Shown piece by piece: positions 8,761 to 18,991 of a stretch of DNA of 61,900 bases. Source of the stretch: Candidatus Saganbacteria bacterium (lineage in GTDB: Bacteria; Margulisbacteria; WOR-1; XYC2-FULL-46-14); NCBI GenBank assembly GCA_013202975.1, contig JABMQY010000039.1, positions 1 through 61,900 of the forward strand, in the 5' to 3' direction. A program made the translations under genes and the position numbers. Positions within the stretch are counted from its first letter, which is position 1. Each line of letters begins with the position of its first letter. The notes under the pieces were generated by a model. It did not search any database, was not told the origin of the DNA, and worked only from the letters and a program-made list of their open reading frames with translations.

Positions 8761-9854
8761 TTTTATGCAGTAACCCCAAGGCCCAATACTATTCATATAA
8801 GGATGAGATTGATAAGGCTGTTTTGAACGTCTTAGATAAGGGGTGGTATGTTCTTGGTGATGAGGTAAGTGCATTTGAAAAAGAGTTCTCTTCATTTGTT
8901 GGGGTATCTTTTGGTATAGGTGTTGGTAGTGGAACCGCTGCCTTGCATTTGGCTTTGGCTGCTTGTGATATTGGTCCAACCGATCAAGTTATAACTGTTT
9001 CTCATACTGCTTCGGCAACTGTTTCTGCAATAGAATTAACAGGAGCAAAACCAGTTTTTGTTGATATTGAGAAAAATTATTATGGTTTGGATGCAAGTAA
9101 ACTTGAGTCTGTTATCAATTCTAAAACAAAAGCGATTATTCCGGTCCATATATATGGACAGCCGGTTGATTTAGATCCGATTTTGGAGATTGCAAGAAGG
9201 AATAACATAAAGGTAATAGAGGATTGTGCCCAAGCACATGGGGCATTGTATAAGGGGAAACCGGTAGGCTCTTTTGGAGATATGGGGTGCTTTAGCTTTT
9301 ATCCGACAAAAAACTTAGGAGCGATTGGTGATGGCGGGATTGTAGTTACCAATAATGAAGAATTGTCAGAAAAAGCAAAACTTTTACGTCAATATGGTTG
9401 GGAAAAACGATATATTAGTTCATTTTCTGGATGGAATACACGTTTGGATGAGGTTCAAGCTGCAGTATTGAGAGTTAAGTTGCGTTATCTTGATGCAGAT
9501 AATAAGAAAAGAGCGGAATTGGCAAAAATGTATGATCAGGAATTATCAGGAATCGATTTATCCTTGCCTCTTACCAGACCGAATTCTACCCATGTTTATC
9601 ATCTTTATGTTGTTCGCTCTAAACAACGTGATAGGATCCTAAAGTTTTTGGGGGATAGGGAAATCAGAGCATTAGTTCATTATCCTGTGCCTTTGCATCT
9701 TCAACCTGCTTATAAAAAACTGGTTTCTAATAATACCTCGTTAAGAGAATCAGAACTAGCGGCAGAGGAAGTCCTCTCTTTGCCTATTTATCCAGAATTG
9801 GAGCAATCTGATCTGCGATTGGTTTGTGATGCAATCAAGGAAATACTCCAATGA
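8757..9854 (+). CDS. DegT/DnrJ/EryC1/StrS sugar aminotransferase (C3-type likely)
   Basis: [35 protein letters not shown]; ATG 8757 overlaps upstream stop. Confidence 0.92.
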   Translation: MILCSNPKAQYYSYKDEIDKAVLNVLDKGWYVLGDEVSAFEKEFSSFVGVSFGIGVGSGTAALHLALAACDIGPTDQVITVSHTASATVSAIELTGAKPVFVDIEKNYYGLDASKLESVINSKTKAIIPVHIYGQPVDLDPILEIARRNNIKVIEDCAQAHGALYKGKPVGSFGDMGCFSFYPTKNLGAIGDGGIVVTNNEELSEKAKLLRQYGWEKRYISSFSGWNTRLDEVQAAVLRVKLRYLDADNKKRAELAKMYDQELSGIDLSLPLTRPNSTHVYHLYVVRSKQRDRILKFLGDREIRALVHYPVPLHLQPAYKKLVSNNTSLRESELAAEEVLSLPIYPELEQSDLRLVCDAIKEILQ

Positions 9855-10309
9855 TTCAAGACGTTATTGTAAAAGACCTTGTTACCTATCCAGATGAACG
9901 CGGTTTTTTTAGGGAAATTATTCGTGTTGATGATAAGTTTTTTAAAGAAGGATTTGGGCAATTCAGTCTTTCTCAAATGTATCAGGGAGTTATTAAAGCT
10001 TGGCATATTCATCAAATACAAATTGACTGGTGGTATGTTGCCAATGGAGTGATTAAGGTGGTGTTGTATGATACTCGAGTAGATTCTCCTACTTTTGGAA
10101 AAATCATGGAGTTATTAATGGGGGACAATCAACCCCCAAAGGTATTGCGCATTCCCTCAGGGGTTGCTCACGGTTGCAAGTGTATTGGTGGTCCTGCAAA
10201 TTTATTTTACGTTACCTCCAATATTTATGATCCCAACGATGAAGGACGGATCGCATATGATGATCCTGCGATCGGTTATGACTGGCAAAAAGGGCCGCCG
10301 ATTAAATAA
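9851..10309 (+). CDS. dTDP-4-keto-sugar 3,5-epimerase family (RmlC-like cupin)
   Basis: [32 protein letters not shown]. Confidence 0.85.
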   Translation: MIQDVIVKDLVTYPDERGFFREIIRVDDKFFKEGFGQFSLSQMYQGVIKAWHIHQIQIDWWYVANGVIKVVLYDTRVDSPTFGKIMELLMGDNQPPKVLRIPSGVAHGCKCIGGPANLFYVTSNIYDPNDEGRIAYDDPAIGYDWQKGPPIK

Positions 10310-10311
10310 TT

Positions 10312-11310
10312 ATGAAAAAAGAATTACCAAAAATAAAAGGTAAAAAAGTATTAATAGCTGGAGGGTTGGGTTTTATAGGTAGCAACTTAGCTCATGAATG
10401 TTTAAGGCTTGGAGCTAATGTGACAATTTATGATTGTCTGGATCCCAATTCAGGAGGGAATTTATTCAATATTGATGCCATAAAAAATTCGGTTGAATTG
10501 GTTTTTGGAGATATCTTAAATTTTGATTTGGTTTCACATCACATTATGGATAAAGACATTCTTTTTAATTGTGCTGCTTCTACTTCTCATCCTTTTTCTA
10601 TGAAAGAGCCATGGATTGACTTGGATGTAAATTGCAAGGGGGTTATTAATTTGCTGGAGGCTGCGCGCAGATTTAATAAAGGAATTAAATTTGTTCATAT
10701 TGGAACAAGCACCCAGCTGGGTCGGCTTCATTTTCGCCCAGCCAATGAAACACATCCGGAATTTCCGACAGATATATACTCTGCCAATAAGAGTGTTTCG
10801 GAAAAATATGTTCTGATTTATGGGAATGCCTATGGGATGCCAGTGACTGTGCTTCGCTTTTCAAATGTTTATGGCCCCAGGGCAAGTATCCATAGCAGCG
10901 ATTTTACTTTTAATAATTATTTTGTTGGATTAGCCTTACAGGGAAAAGATATTACTATCTTTGGAAAAGGGAGCCAAAAAAGGAATATCGTTTATGTTGA
11001 TGATTGTGTTTCTGCTCTTATTTTAGCCTCACAAAGTGAAAAGGTTAATGGGGAAATCCTTTTTGCAGTAGGTGATGTGCATTATAGCGTTGCTGAGATT
11101 GCAAATCAGATTGTAAAACATATTGGAAAAGGAATGGTTAAATTTGTTAATTGGCCGGATGAAAGAAAAGCGATTGAAATAGGTGATGCGATAATAAGTA
11201 ATGCAAAAATAAAGGATATGCTTGATTGGAAGCCGGAAGGGGATTTTTCTGATGGGTTGATAAAAACAAGAGAATATTTTGAAAAATATTTAGGCCATTA
11301 TGTTAAATAG
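10312..11310 (+). CDS. NAD-dependent epimerase/dehydratase (extended SDR)
   Basis: GGLGFIGS, YSANK, RFSNVYGPR. Confidence 0.88.
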   Translation: MKKELPKIKGKKVLIAGGLGFIGSNLAHECLRLGANVTIYDCLDPNSGGNLFNIDAIKNSVELVFGDILNFDLVSHHIMDKDILFNCAASTSHPFSMKEPWIDLDVNCKGVINLLEAARRFNKGIKFVHIGTSTQLGRLHFRPANETHPEFPTDIYSANKSVSEKYVLIYGNAYGMPVTVLRFSNVYGPRASIHSSDFTFNNYFVGLALQGKDITIFGKGSQKRNIVYVDDCVSALILASQSEKVNGEILFAVGDVHYSVAEIANQIVKHIGKGMVKFVNWPDERKAIEIGDAIISNAKIKDMLDWKPEGDFSDGLIKTREYFEKYLGHYVK

Positions 11311-12253
11311 GCTGTTAATTACTGGTGCGCTTGGGCATATTGGTTCAAAGCTGATTCATAGTTTTACTTCGGATGAATTTGAAGAGATTTGCTTGGTAGA
11401 TAATCTGTCTACCCAGCGCTTTTCGTCATTATTTAATTTACCCAAAGGAGTAAATTTTAAATTTATTAATGAAGACATTTGTACTGCTGATTTGGATAAA
11501 TATTTTGAGGGGATTGATGTTGTTATCCACCTTGCTGCAATTACAGATGCTGCCTCGAGTTTCAGTGATCCCCAAAAAGTAGAAAAGGTTAATCTGAATG
11601 GCACAGAAAGAGTTGCAAATGCCTGTGTCAAAAATAAATGTAAGTTGATTTTTCCGTCGACTACAAGTGTCTATGGTGTTCAGAAGGATATTGTTGATGA
11701 GGATTGTCCGATTTCTAATTTATTAGCTCAAAGTCCTTATGCAGAATCAAAGCTAAAGGCAGAGGCTTATCTAAGTAAATTGGGCAAAAACGATGGGTTG
11801 TCCTTTGTTATTTGCAGATTGGGGACAATTTTTGGAACATCTATTGGGATGCGCTTTCATACTGCTATTAATAAGTTTTGCTGGCAAGCGGTTATGGGGC
11901 AGCCGATCACTGTTTGGCGGACTGCCTATAATCAAAAACGTCCCTATCTTGATTTGGGCGATGCTCTGAGTGCAATAGATTTTATTATTAAAAATGATCT
12001 TTTTGACCGTCGGATCTATAATGTTTTAACAACTAATACTACGGTGAAGGACATTCTAGATATTATCTCAAATCATATTTCAAAGTTTTCGATTCAATAT
12101 GTTGATACAAAAATAATGAATCAGTTATCGTATCATGTTTCCAATAAGCGCTTTTGTGATCAGGGATTTGGATTTGTGGGTGATATAAAGCAAGGGATAG
12201 AGGATACGATTAATTTGTTGAAGGGGGCTTATCATAAATGTCAAAAGATTTAA
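11300..12253 (+). CDS. NAD-dependent epimerase/reductase (extended SDR)
   Basis: TGALGHIGS, HLAAITD, STTSVYG, YAESK. Confidence 0.88.
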   Translation: MLNRLLITGALGHIGSKLIHSFTSDEFEEICLVDNLSTQRFSSLFNLPKGVNFKFINEDICTADLDKYFEGIDVVIHLAAITDAASSFSDPQKVEKVNLNGTERVANACVKNKCKLIFPSTTSVYGVQKDIVDEDCPISNLLAQSPYAESKLKAEAYLSKLGKNDGLSFVICRLGTIFGTSIGMRFHTAINKFCWQAVMGQPITVWRTAYNQKRPYLDLGDALSAIDFIIKNDLFDRRIYNVLTTNTTVKDILDIISNHISKFSIQYVDTKIMNQLSYHVSNKRFCDQGFGFVGDIKQGIEDTINLLKGAYHKCQKI

Positions 12254-13254
12254 CAATAGTACTTCCCCTTAAGGATAGGGTTGAGTATACCTTTCGTTGG
12301 ATGTCTTATGTCAATGAAATTAGTTTTCCATTTAAGATAATAATTGCTGATGGCGGCAAAGATAAAAAGGTCGAGGAGACCCTATCCAACAAGGCTAATT
12401 TTCCAAAGATTGATTATGAATATGTTCGTTATCCGTATGATAAGACATATTCAGATTATTTTGCAAAGGAGGCGGATGCTCTTTCGCGTGTTAAAACTCC
12501 CTTTGTTGCAATGGCGGATAACGATGATTTTTTTGTTGTTGAAGGACTTTCTCGCAGTGTGGAATTTATGTCTGCTCATCCGGAATATAGTTCTTGTAGA
12601 GGGGATATTGCTGGTTTTATTGTTTCTGATGGGCTTTATGGTGAGGGAAAGGGATTTTGCAAGCTTTATCCATCTAGATCTCATATCAATGATAGTGCGG
12701 CCGAGCGTGTCGAAAGTCATTTTTCTTGTTATGATCCGACCTTTTATGATGTCCATCGAACTGAGCAATTAGCTGGCTGTTTTAAGCTGCTGAGTGATTT
12801 GGATCTTAATGATATTTTTTTGGCTGAACTTCTTCCCAGTTTCTTGGTTGTTGCTTATGGAAAAACAAAAAGAATCCCTGGCTTGTATTTATTAAGGCAA
12901 CTTGCTGTTCCTGGATCATCTGCTGATAATGAGAATAAAAGAGGAGATATTTTTGATCGTATGCTTAATGAGTTATGGACACTTGATTTTAACAAAGTGA
13001 TGGGAGCAATTGCCAAAGCAATCAGTGAGCAGGACAAAATTTCCAAGGATATAGCACTTTCTCAAGTTATAAAAAAGTTTAGAATTTATGTTGGTCCCGA
13101 CATTATAGAATGTTTGTCAACGCCAAAGTCTAAGCGGCCAAATTATTTACTAGGTTTTGCAAAAAGGTTTAAGCGCAAATTCTTTTCTGCTCCCTTATGT
13201 ATTCCTGACTCTATCAGCAAATTCTTGGGGGCGAAGGATAGTTGTCAAATATGA
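12238..13254 (+). CDS. GT-A glycosyltransferase, TIGR00180-like
   Basis: LTIVLP.KDR, IIIADGG, V.TPFV.MADNDDF. Confidence 0.75.
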   Translation: MSKDLTIVLPLKDRVEYTFRWMSYVNEISFPFKIIIADGGKDKKVEETLSNKANFPKIDYEYVRYPYDKTYSDYFAKEADALSRVKTPFVAMADNDDFFVVEGLSRSVEFMSAHPEYSSCRGDIAGFIVSDGLYGEGKGFCKLYPSRSHINDSAAERVESHFSCYDPTFYDVHRTEQLAGCFKLLSDLDLNDIFLAELLPSFLVVAYGKTKRIPGLYLLRQLAVPGSSADNENKRGDIFDRMLNELWTLDFNKVMGAIAKAISEQDKISKDIALSQVIKKFRIYVGPDIIECLSTPKSKRPNYLLGFAKRFKRKFFSAPLCIPDSISKFLGAKDSCQI

Positions 13255-14195
13255 AAAATGTAGTTTTATTTGGATCAAGTTATATGGCCGAAGAATATCT
13301 AAAGGTGTTGCAGGGGTTTGATTGCAACGTCTCTGTTATAGGTAGAGATAATGAAAAGGCAGTCGCCCTTGCAAAAAAGTATAATTCTGTTGGTTATGGC
13401 GGAGGTACTAATGCGCTAGATCAAATTAAGACAGAAGGAGTCGATTTGGTCATTATCGCTTCAGCTATCGAATCGCTCCAAGAAGTGTCATCAGCCTGTT
13501 TATCAAAAGGGATTAAAAATTTATTAGTGGAAAAACCTGGTGCTTTAGATCTTGATGGATTGATAGAGATAAAAAAACAGCTTTCTTCTGGAGCGGATCT
13601 CAGAATTGCGTATAATCGCAGGTTTTTTAGTTCTGTCATAAATTTAGGAGAGCGTATCTTAGAGGATGGTGGTCCACTGGCTTGTTTCTTTGATTTTACT
13701 GATCGAGAAAAGGATATCCTACATGTTGAAAGGGACAAGAATATTGTAAAAAAATGGGGTTTTGCAAATTCTAGCCATGTTATTGATCTTGCTTTTCATT
13801 TAATTGGTATGCCAGAAGAGATAAATGCGCTAAAAGCAGGAGAATGGGATTGTCATCCAAGCGGAAATATTTTTACTGGTTCTGGAAGGACTGCAAAGTG
13901 TCTGTTTAGCTATTTTTCTACTTGGTCTGGTGGTGGACGATGGAATGTTGAGGTTTCAACAATAAAAGGGCGCTATAAGCTTTCTCCGTTAGAAGAATTG
14001 AGATTCTGCAAAAAGAATCAATTTGCTTGGGAAACAGTTCCTGCTTTAGATGATCATGATAAAAAGTTTAAATCAGGTCTCTATAAAATGGTCAGGAGCG
14101 TATTAATTGACAATAATTATAAAGAGCTGCCGGATCTTGATGAACAAATCACTACTTGTAAAGTAATTAATAGGATATTTGGATATGAAGAATAA
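13251..14195 (+). CDS. Gfo/Idh/MocA-family oxidoreductase
   Basis: FGSSYMA, LLVEKPG, AYNRRF, NSSHVIDL. Confidence 0.8.
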   Translation: MKNVVLFGSSYMAEEYLKVLQGFDCNVSVIGRDNEKAVALAKKYNSVGYGGGTNALDQIKTEGVDLVIIASAIESLQEVSSACLSKGIKNLLVEKPGALDLDGLIEIKKQLSSGADLRIAYNRRFFSSVINLGERILEDGGPLACFFDFTDREKDILHVERDKNIVKKWGFANSSHVIDLAFHLIGMPEEINALKAGEWDCHPSGNIFTGSGRTAKCLFSYFSTWSGGGRWNVEVSTIKGRYKLSPLEELRFCKKNQFAWETVPALDDHDKKFKSGLYKMVRSVLIDNNYKELPDLDEQITTCKVINRIFGYEE

Positions 14196-15129
14196 TATTG
14201 TAATAATTGGAATGGGAAATATGGGAAAAAGACATCTTCAGGCAGTGGCCAATCTAAGTATTATTGGTGAAATCTTATGTTATGACATTAGCCATGGGTC
14301 TTTAGATTCTGTTCCTGCTTTCTTAAAAGAGAATAATATTTGCAATAATAACATTAGAACAACTATAAGCTTTGACGAAATTATTAAAGCTATAAATGCA
14401 GAGACGATTGTTATTATTGCTACAACGGCACAGGGACGGCATCAGATAATTGCGAATGTTATTACTTTAAGGCCTTTGGCAATAATTGCTGAAAAACCAT
14501 TGTGTCAATCAATTGATGAATATGAAATGATCATGGCTTTGTCGAGAGATACCAACGTGCCTCTTTATGTTAATTTTCCTCGACATATGTATGGGTTTTA
14601 TCGGGAGATCTATGAATCATTGAAAGGCTCAAAAGCAAAAGGGTTCAGTGCAGTTTTTTCAGGTGGAATGGGTTGTATTGGCATACATCTGCTGGATCTT
14701 TTGGTTTGGATTTTAGAGGTCAAAACCTACAAGATACTGTTTTCTGATAACCATTCGGTATACCATGCAAAAAGAGCTGGCTATTGTGATTTAGCCGGGG
14801 TCCTGCTTCTTAGTATCAATGATACAAATGTGGCCTTTTTACATTCTCAGAAGGATGAGGGCCATTCTTTGATTGAGTTTTACTCGCAGAATAATAAGTT
14901 TAGGATTTATGAGTCCGAGAAGAAGATGGTTGTACAGGATGTTTCTATTGGTATCGATGTGAGAGAAATTGATCTTCCGTTTACCAGTCAGTTGACTGAT
15001 AAGATTATTACAGCTCTTATTCAAAAAGAAAGGGTAGAATTGCCGAATATTTCTCAGTCCTATCTGACACATAAAATATTATTCGATTATATTAAAATTA
15101 ATAGGCTTGAACACGTAAACATAACATAA
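14185..15129 (+). CDS. Gfo/Idh/MocA-family oxidoreductase
   Basis: IGMGNMGKRH, AEKPL, VNFPR, GIHLLDL. Confidence 0.8.
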   Translation: MKNNIVIIGMGNMGKRHLQAVANLSIIGEILCYDISHGSLDSVPAFLKENNICNNNIRTTISFDEIIKAINAETIVIIATTAQGRHQIIANVITLRPLAIIAEKPLCQSIDEYEMIMALSRDTNVPLYVNFPRHMYGFYREIYESLKGSKAKGFSAVFSGGMGCIGIHLLDLLVWILEVKTYKILFSDNHSVYHAKRAGYCDLAGVLLLSINDTNVAFLHSQKDEGHSLIEFYSQNNKFRIYESEKKMVVQDVSIGIDVREIDLPFTSQLTDKIITALIQKERVELPNISQSYLTHKILFDYIKINRLEHVNIT

Positions 15130-15146
15130 GGAGCTAGGAAAGATTA

Positions 15147-16139
15147 ATGGACATAAAAAACAAAAGAGTTATTGTTACTGGTGCTGATGGTTTTATTGGC
15201 AGTCATCTGGTTGAAGCTCTACTAGATGAGGGGGCAAAGGTAAAGGCATTTTGTTTTTATAATTCGTTTAATAGTTATGGCTGGTTAGATTCTCTTCCAA
15301 AAGAGAAAGTTGAGCAAATAGAGATATTTACAGGAGATATACGGGATCCTTATGGTGTTCGTACAGCCCTAAAGAATGTTGATGTTGTTTTTCACTTAGC
15401 TGCTTTAATTGGTATTCCATATTCATACCATTCACCCGATAATTATGTTGATACTAACATAAAAGGTACATTGAATATTTTACAGGCAGCCCGTGATCTG
15501 GCTGTTGAAAAAGTATTGGTGACATCGACTTCAGAAGTTTATGGTACTGCATTATATGTTCCGATTGATGAAAAACATCCCCTGCAGCCTCAATCACCTT
15601 ATAGTGCAACAAAAATTGGCGCAGATTCTATTACGGAATCGTTTTATTGCTCATTTGACCTTCCTGTGACGCTTGTCCGACCCTTTAATACCTATGGACC
15701 ACGCCAGTCAGCCAGAGCAATAATCCCAACGATTATAAGTCAAATCATAAAGGGTAAGAATCAAATAAAATTAGGAAACCTGTCTCCTACCCGAGATCTA
15801 ACATTTGTCAAAGATACAGCTGCTGCTTTTATTGCAATTGCCAAAACAGAGGGGTTGTTGGGAGAGACTGTGAATATTGGTATGAATAAAGAAATTGCAA
15901 TGGGAGATTTGGTTAAATTAATTGCTTCAATTATGAATAAAGAAATAAGTGTTATAGAAGACTTCCAAAGGATACGTCCAAAAAAGAGTGAGGTTGAACG
16001 GCTTTGTTGTAATAATTCAAAAATCTTGAAAAAAACAAATTGGCGTCCTCAATATGATCTTAAAAAAGGTCTTAAAGAAACTATTGATTGGATTGAAAAT
16101 AAAATGAGTTTTTATAAAACGGAGATGTATAATGTCTAA
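15147..16139 (+). CDS. legB: NDP-GlcNAc 4,6-dehydratase (LegB)
   Basis: TGADGFIGSHL, YNSFNSYGWLD, HLAALIGIPYSY, PQSPYSATK, RPFNTYGPRQSARA. Confidence 0.88.
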   Translation: MDIKNKRVIVTGADGFIGSHLVEALLDEGAKVKAFCFYNSFNSYGWLDSLPKEKVEQIEIFTGDIRDPYGVRTALKNVDVVFHLAALIGIPYSYHSPDNYVDTNIKGTLNILQAARDLAVEKVLVTSTSEVYGTALYVPIDEKHPLQPQSPYSATKIGADSITESFYCSFDLPVTLVRPFNTYGPRQSARAIIPTIISQIIKGKNQIKLGNLSPTRDLTFVKDTAAAFIAIAKTEGLLGETVNIGMNKEIAMGDLVKLIASIMNKEISVIEDFQRIRPKKSEVERLCCNNSKILKKTNWRPQYDLKKGLKETIDWIENKMSFYKTEMYNV

Positions 16140-16165
16140 AGCTTATGGAGGTCTATTTAATATAA

Positions 16166-17329
16166 ATGAGTAAAAAAATAAGAAAAATATGTATTGTAAC
16201 TGGATCGCGAGCGGATTATGGCCTGCTTTACTGGTTAATGAAGGAGATCAAAAGTGACAAAGATCTACTTCTTCAGATTGTGGCCGCAGGCATGCATCTT
16301 TCCTCAAGATTTGGTTTGACTTATAAACAAATTCTTAGGGATGAATTTAAGATTGATGCAAAAGTTGATCTTCTGAAGAATTCTGATACAGATCAAGCAA
16401 TCGCTTTGTCTATTGGGCGAGGGGTAATTGGTTTTGCTAGAGTTTTTAGCAAGCTGTCTTCCGATGTTGTTGTTTTGTTGGGAGATCGCTTCGAAACTCT
16501 TGCTGCTGCAACCTCTGCAATGATTCTTGGTATTCCAATTGCACATATCCATGGAGGAGAAGTTACTGAAGGTGCATATGATGATTCAATTCGACATGCC
16601 ATAACCAAAATGGCTCATTTGCACTTTGTTTCTCACAATATTTATGCAATGCGTGTTGTTCAAATGGGGGAGAATCCAAAAAGAGTTTTTAATTATGGGG
16701 CTCCCGGCTTAGACAGCATAAGACAAGTAACTCTTTTGACTAGAAAGGAACTTGAAAAAGAATTGAATTTTGTGCTTGGAAGTGATGTAGTATTGGTTAC
16801 CTATCATCCTACTACATTAGAAAAAGGTGCGGCAAAAAATCAAATTAAGAATATTTTGAATGCGCTTGCGCAAACAGATTTGCGAATTGTATTTACTGTT
16901 CCTAATGCAGATTCTGAAAATCAGGTTATATATGATGAAATTATGGAATTTGTCCGAAATAATCCAGAAAAAGCAATAATATTTAAGTCTTTGGGGCAGT
17001 TAAAGTATCTTTCCCTTTTAAAGTGTGTTGGTTTGATGCTTGGAAATTCTTCAAGTGGTGTTATTGAAGCTCCATCCTTTAAGCTGCCTGTTGTTAATAT
17101 TGGGACTAGGCAGACTGGCCGACTAAAGGCTAATAATGTAATTGATACTGATTGTAAAACAGCTTCCATCATTATGGCGATCAAGAAAGCAAAATCAACT
17201 TCTTTTGGAGAATCTATGGTTTCTTTAAAAAATCCGTTTGGGGATGGGAGATCAAGCAAAAAGATCAAAAACAAGCTAAAGAATTTTAGATTTTCTGGAC
17301 TTGCTAAAGGATTTTACGATATAAAATGA
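16166..17329 (+). CDS. neuC: Hydrolysing NDP-sugar 2-epimerase (NeuC/LegG)
   Basis: TGSRADYGLL, LGDRFE, HIHGGE.TEGAYDD.IRHAITK, GNSSSG.IEAP. Confidence 0.92.
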   Translation: MSKKIRKICIVTGSRADYGLLYWLMKEIKSDKDLLLQIVAAGMHLSSRFGLTYKQILRDEFKIDAKVDLLKNSDTDQAIALSIGRGVIGFARVFSKLSSDVVVLLGDRFETLAAATSAMILGIPIAHIHGGEVTEGAYDDSIRHAITKMAHLHFVSHNIYAMRVVQMGENPKRVFNYGAPGLDSIRQVTLLTRKELEKELNFVLGSDVVLVTYHPTTLEKGAAKNQIKNILNALAQTDLRIVFTVPNADSENQVIYDEIMEFVRNNPEKAIIFKSLGQLKYLSLLKCVGLMLGNSSSGVIEAPSFKLPVVNIGTRQTGRLKANNVIDTDCKTASIIMAIKKAKSTSFGESMVSLKNPFGDGRSSKKIKNKLKNFRFSGLAKGFYDIK

Positions 17330-17979
17330 ATATAAAGGAAAAAATAATTCTATTGGGGGCAGGCGGGCATTGTAGTGTGGTTATTGATGCAATTTTAAAG
17401 AAGGGTAGTTTTGAGATTGCAGGTGTTCTTGATAAAGATAATGCCTCCTCCACGGTGCTAAAAATCAAGGTTATTGGTGGAGACCATCAACTGCCAGACG
17501 TCTATAAGTCTGGTGTCAGATATGCATTTGTTACAGTTGGATCAATTGGGAATGTTGATCTGAGGATTAATTTAGCTAAAATGATTTGTGACCACGGGTT
17601 TGTTCAACCAATAATCATTCATCCGCAGGCGATAATAGCAAATAATGTTGAAATTGGGGAAGGTACTTTTGTTGCTGCTGGAGCAGTAATTGGACCGGGG
17701 GTAAAAATAGGTAGGAATGTTATTATTAATACACGAGCTTCAATTGATCATGGCTGTAAGGTTGATGATTTTTCTTTTATTTCTCCTGGGGTGACTTTGA
17801 GTGGGGGGGTGAAGGTGGGGGCGAGAACCCATCTTGGAGTAGGCTCCTCGATTATTGAGTACAAGAAAATTGGTGCCGATAGTCTAATTGGTGCAGGAAG
17901 TGTGGTTGTTTCTGATATTCCCGCCAGAGTTAAGGCCTTTGGTAATCCGTGTAAAATAAGGGAGATGTTTAATGGCTAG
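17326..17979 (+). CDS. Hexapeptide-repeat sugar acetyltransferase (NeuD/PglD/LegH-like)
   Basis: GAGGH, IIHP.A, IINT.ASIDH, left-handed beta-helix repeats, GNPC. Confidence 0.9.
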   Translation: MNIKEKIILLGAGGHCSVVIDAILKKGSFEIAGVLDKDNASSTVLKIKVIGGDHQLPDVYKSGVRYAFVTVGSIGNVDLRINLAKMICDHGFVQPIIIHPQAIIANNVEIGEGTFVAAGAVIGPGVKIGRNVIINTRASIDHGCKVDDFSFISPGVTLSGGVKVGARTHLGVGSSIIEYKKIGADSLIGAGSVVVSDIPARVKAFGNPCKIREMFNG

Positions 17980-18991
17980 AGTTTTTCTGATTGCAGAGGC
18001 TGGAGTAAATCATAATGGCGATTTGGATGTTGCTAAAAAACTGATTGATGCGGCAAAATCGTCTGGTGCTGATGCAATAAAATTCCAAACATTTAAAACA
18101 GAAGAGCTGGCTAGTTTTAATGCTCCAAAAGCTAAATATCAAAAGAAAACGGTAAGAAATGAATCGCAGTTTAAAATGTTAAAAAGACTTGAATTGACAA
18201 ACGAGCAGTTTGAAAATTTGTTTTCTTATGCTAAAAAGAAGAAAATAATGTTCTTATCAACTCCTTTTTGTTTTGAGAGCGCTGATTTTCTTAAAAAACT
18301 GGGATTAAAATATTTCAAAATCAGCTCAGGTGATTTAACCAATTTACCTCTTTTGCGTAAGATTGCAGGCTGGAAGATGCCGATAATTTTATCCACTGGT
18401 ATGGGGAGTTTAGATGAGATTAGGGAGGCGGTCGAGGAAATTATTTCAAAAGGTAATAAACGATTGATTCTTCTTCATTGTGTTTCAAGTTATCCGGCGC
18501 GATTTGAGGATTTAAATTTAAATGCTATTAAGACGATGAAAAGTGAATTTGGTCTTCCTATTGGTTATTCTGACCATTCTTTGGGAATTGAGGCATCCCT
18601 TGCAGCGGTTTCCATTGGTGCTGTTGTGATAGAGAAACATTTTACTTTAGATCGTAACATGAGCGGGCCGGATCATAAAGCTTCTCTTGAACCAGTTGAC
18701 TATGAATTAATGGTGAAAAGTATTCGGAATATAGAGAAATCTTTTGGTAATGGTATAAAAAGACCCCAAAGATGTGAATTGACAATGCGAAAGATTGTTC
18801 GCAAAAGTCTTGTTTCAGCTAACGACATTCCCAAACATTCAAAAATTGAGATGTCAATGCTTGCAATAAAGAGGCCTGGGACAGGAATTGCACCAAAGTT
18901 TCTAGATAGGGTTGTTGGGAGTATTGCTCTTGAGAAAATCGAAAAAGATAAAACAATGAAATGGAGAATGTTGAATGAAAAAGCCAATTGA
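17972..18991 (+). CDS. neuB: Nonulosonic acid synthase (NeuB/LegI) with SAF domain
   Basis: IAEAGVNHNG, KFQTF, STPF, LSTGM, GYSDH, IEKHFTLD, GPDHKASLEP, KRPGTGI. Confidence 0.95.
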   Translation: MARVFLIAEAGVNHNGDLDVAKKLIDAAKSSGADAIKFQTFKTEELASFNAPKAKYQKKTVRNESQFKMLKRLELTNEQFENLFSYAKKKKIMFLSTPFCFESADFLKKLGLKYFKISSGDLTNLPLLRKIAGWKMPIILSTGMGSLDEIREAVEEIISKGNKRLILLHCVSSYPARFEDLNLNAIKTMKSEFGLPIGYSDHSLGIEASLAAVSIGAVVIEKHFTLDRNMSGPDHKASLEPVDYELMVKSIRNIEKSFGNGIKRPQRCELTMRKIVRKSLVSANDIPKHSKIEMSMLAIKRPGTGIAPKFLDRVVGSIALEKIEKDKTMKWRMLNEKAN

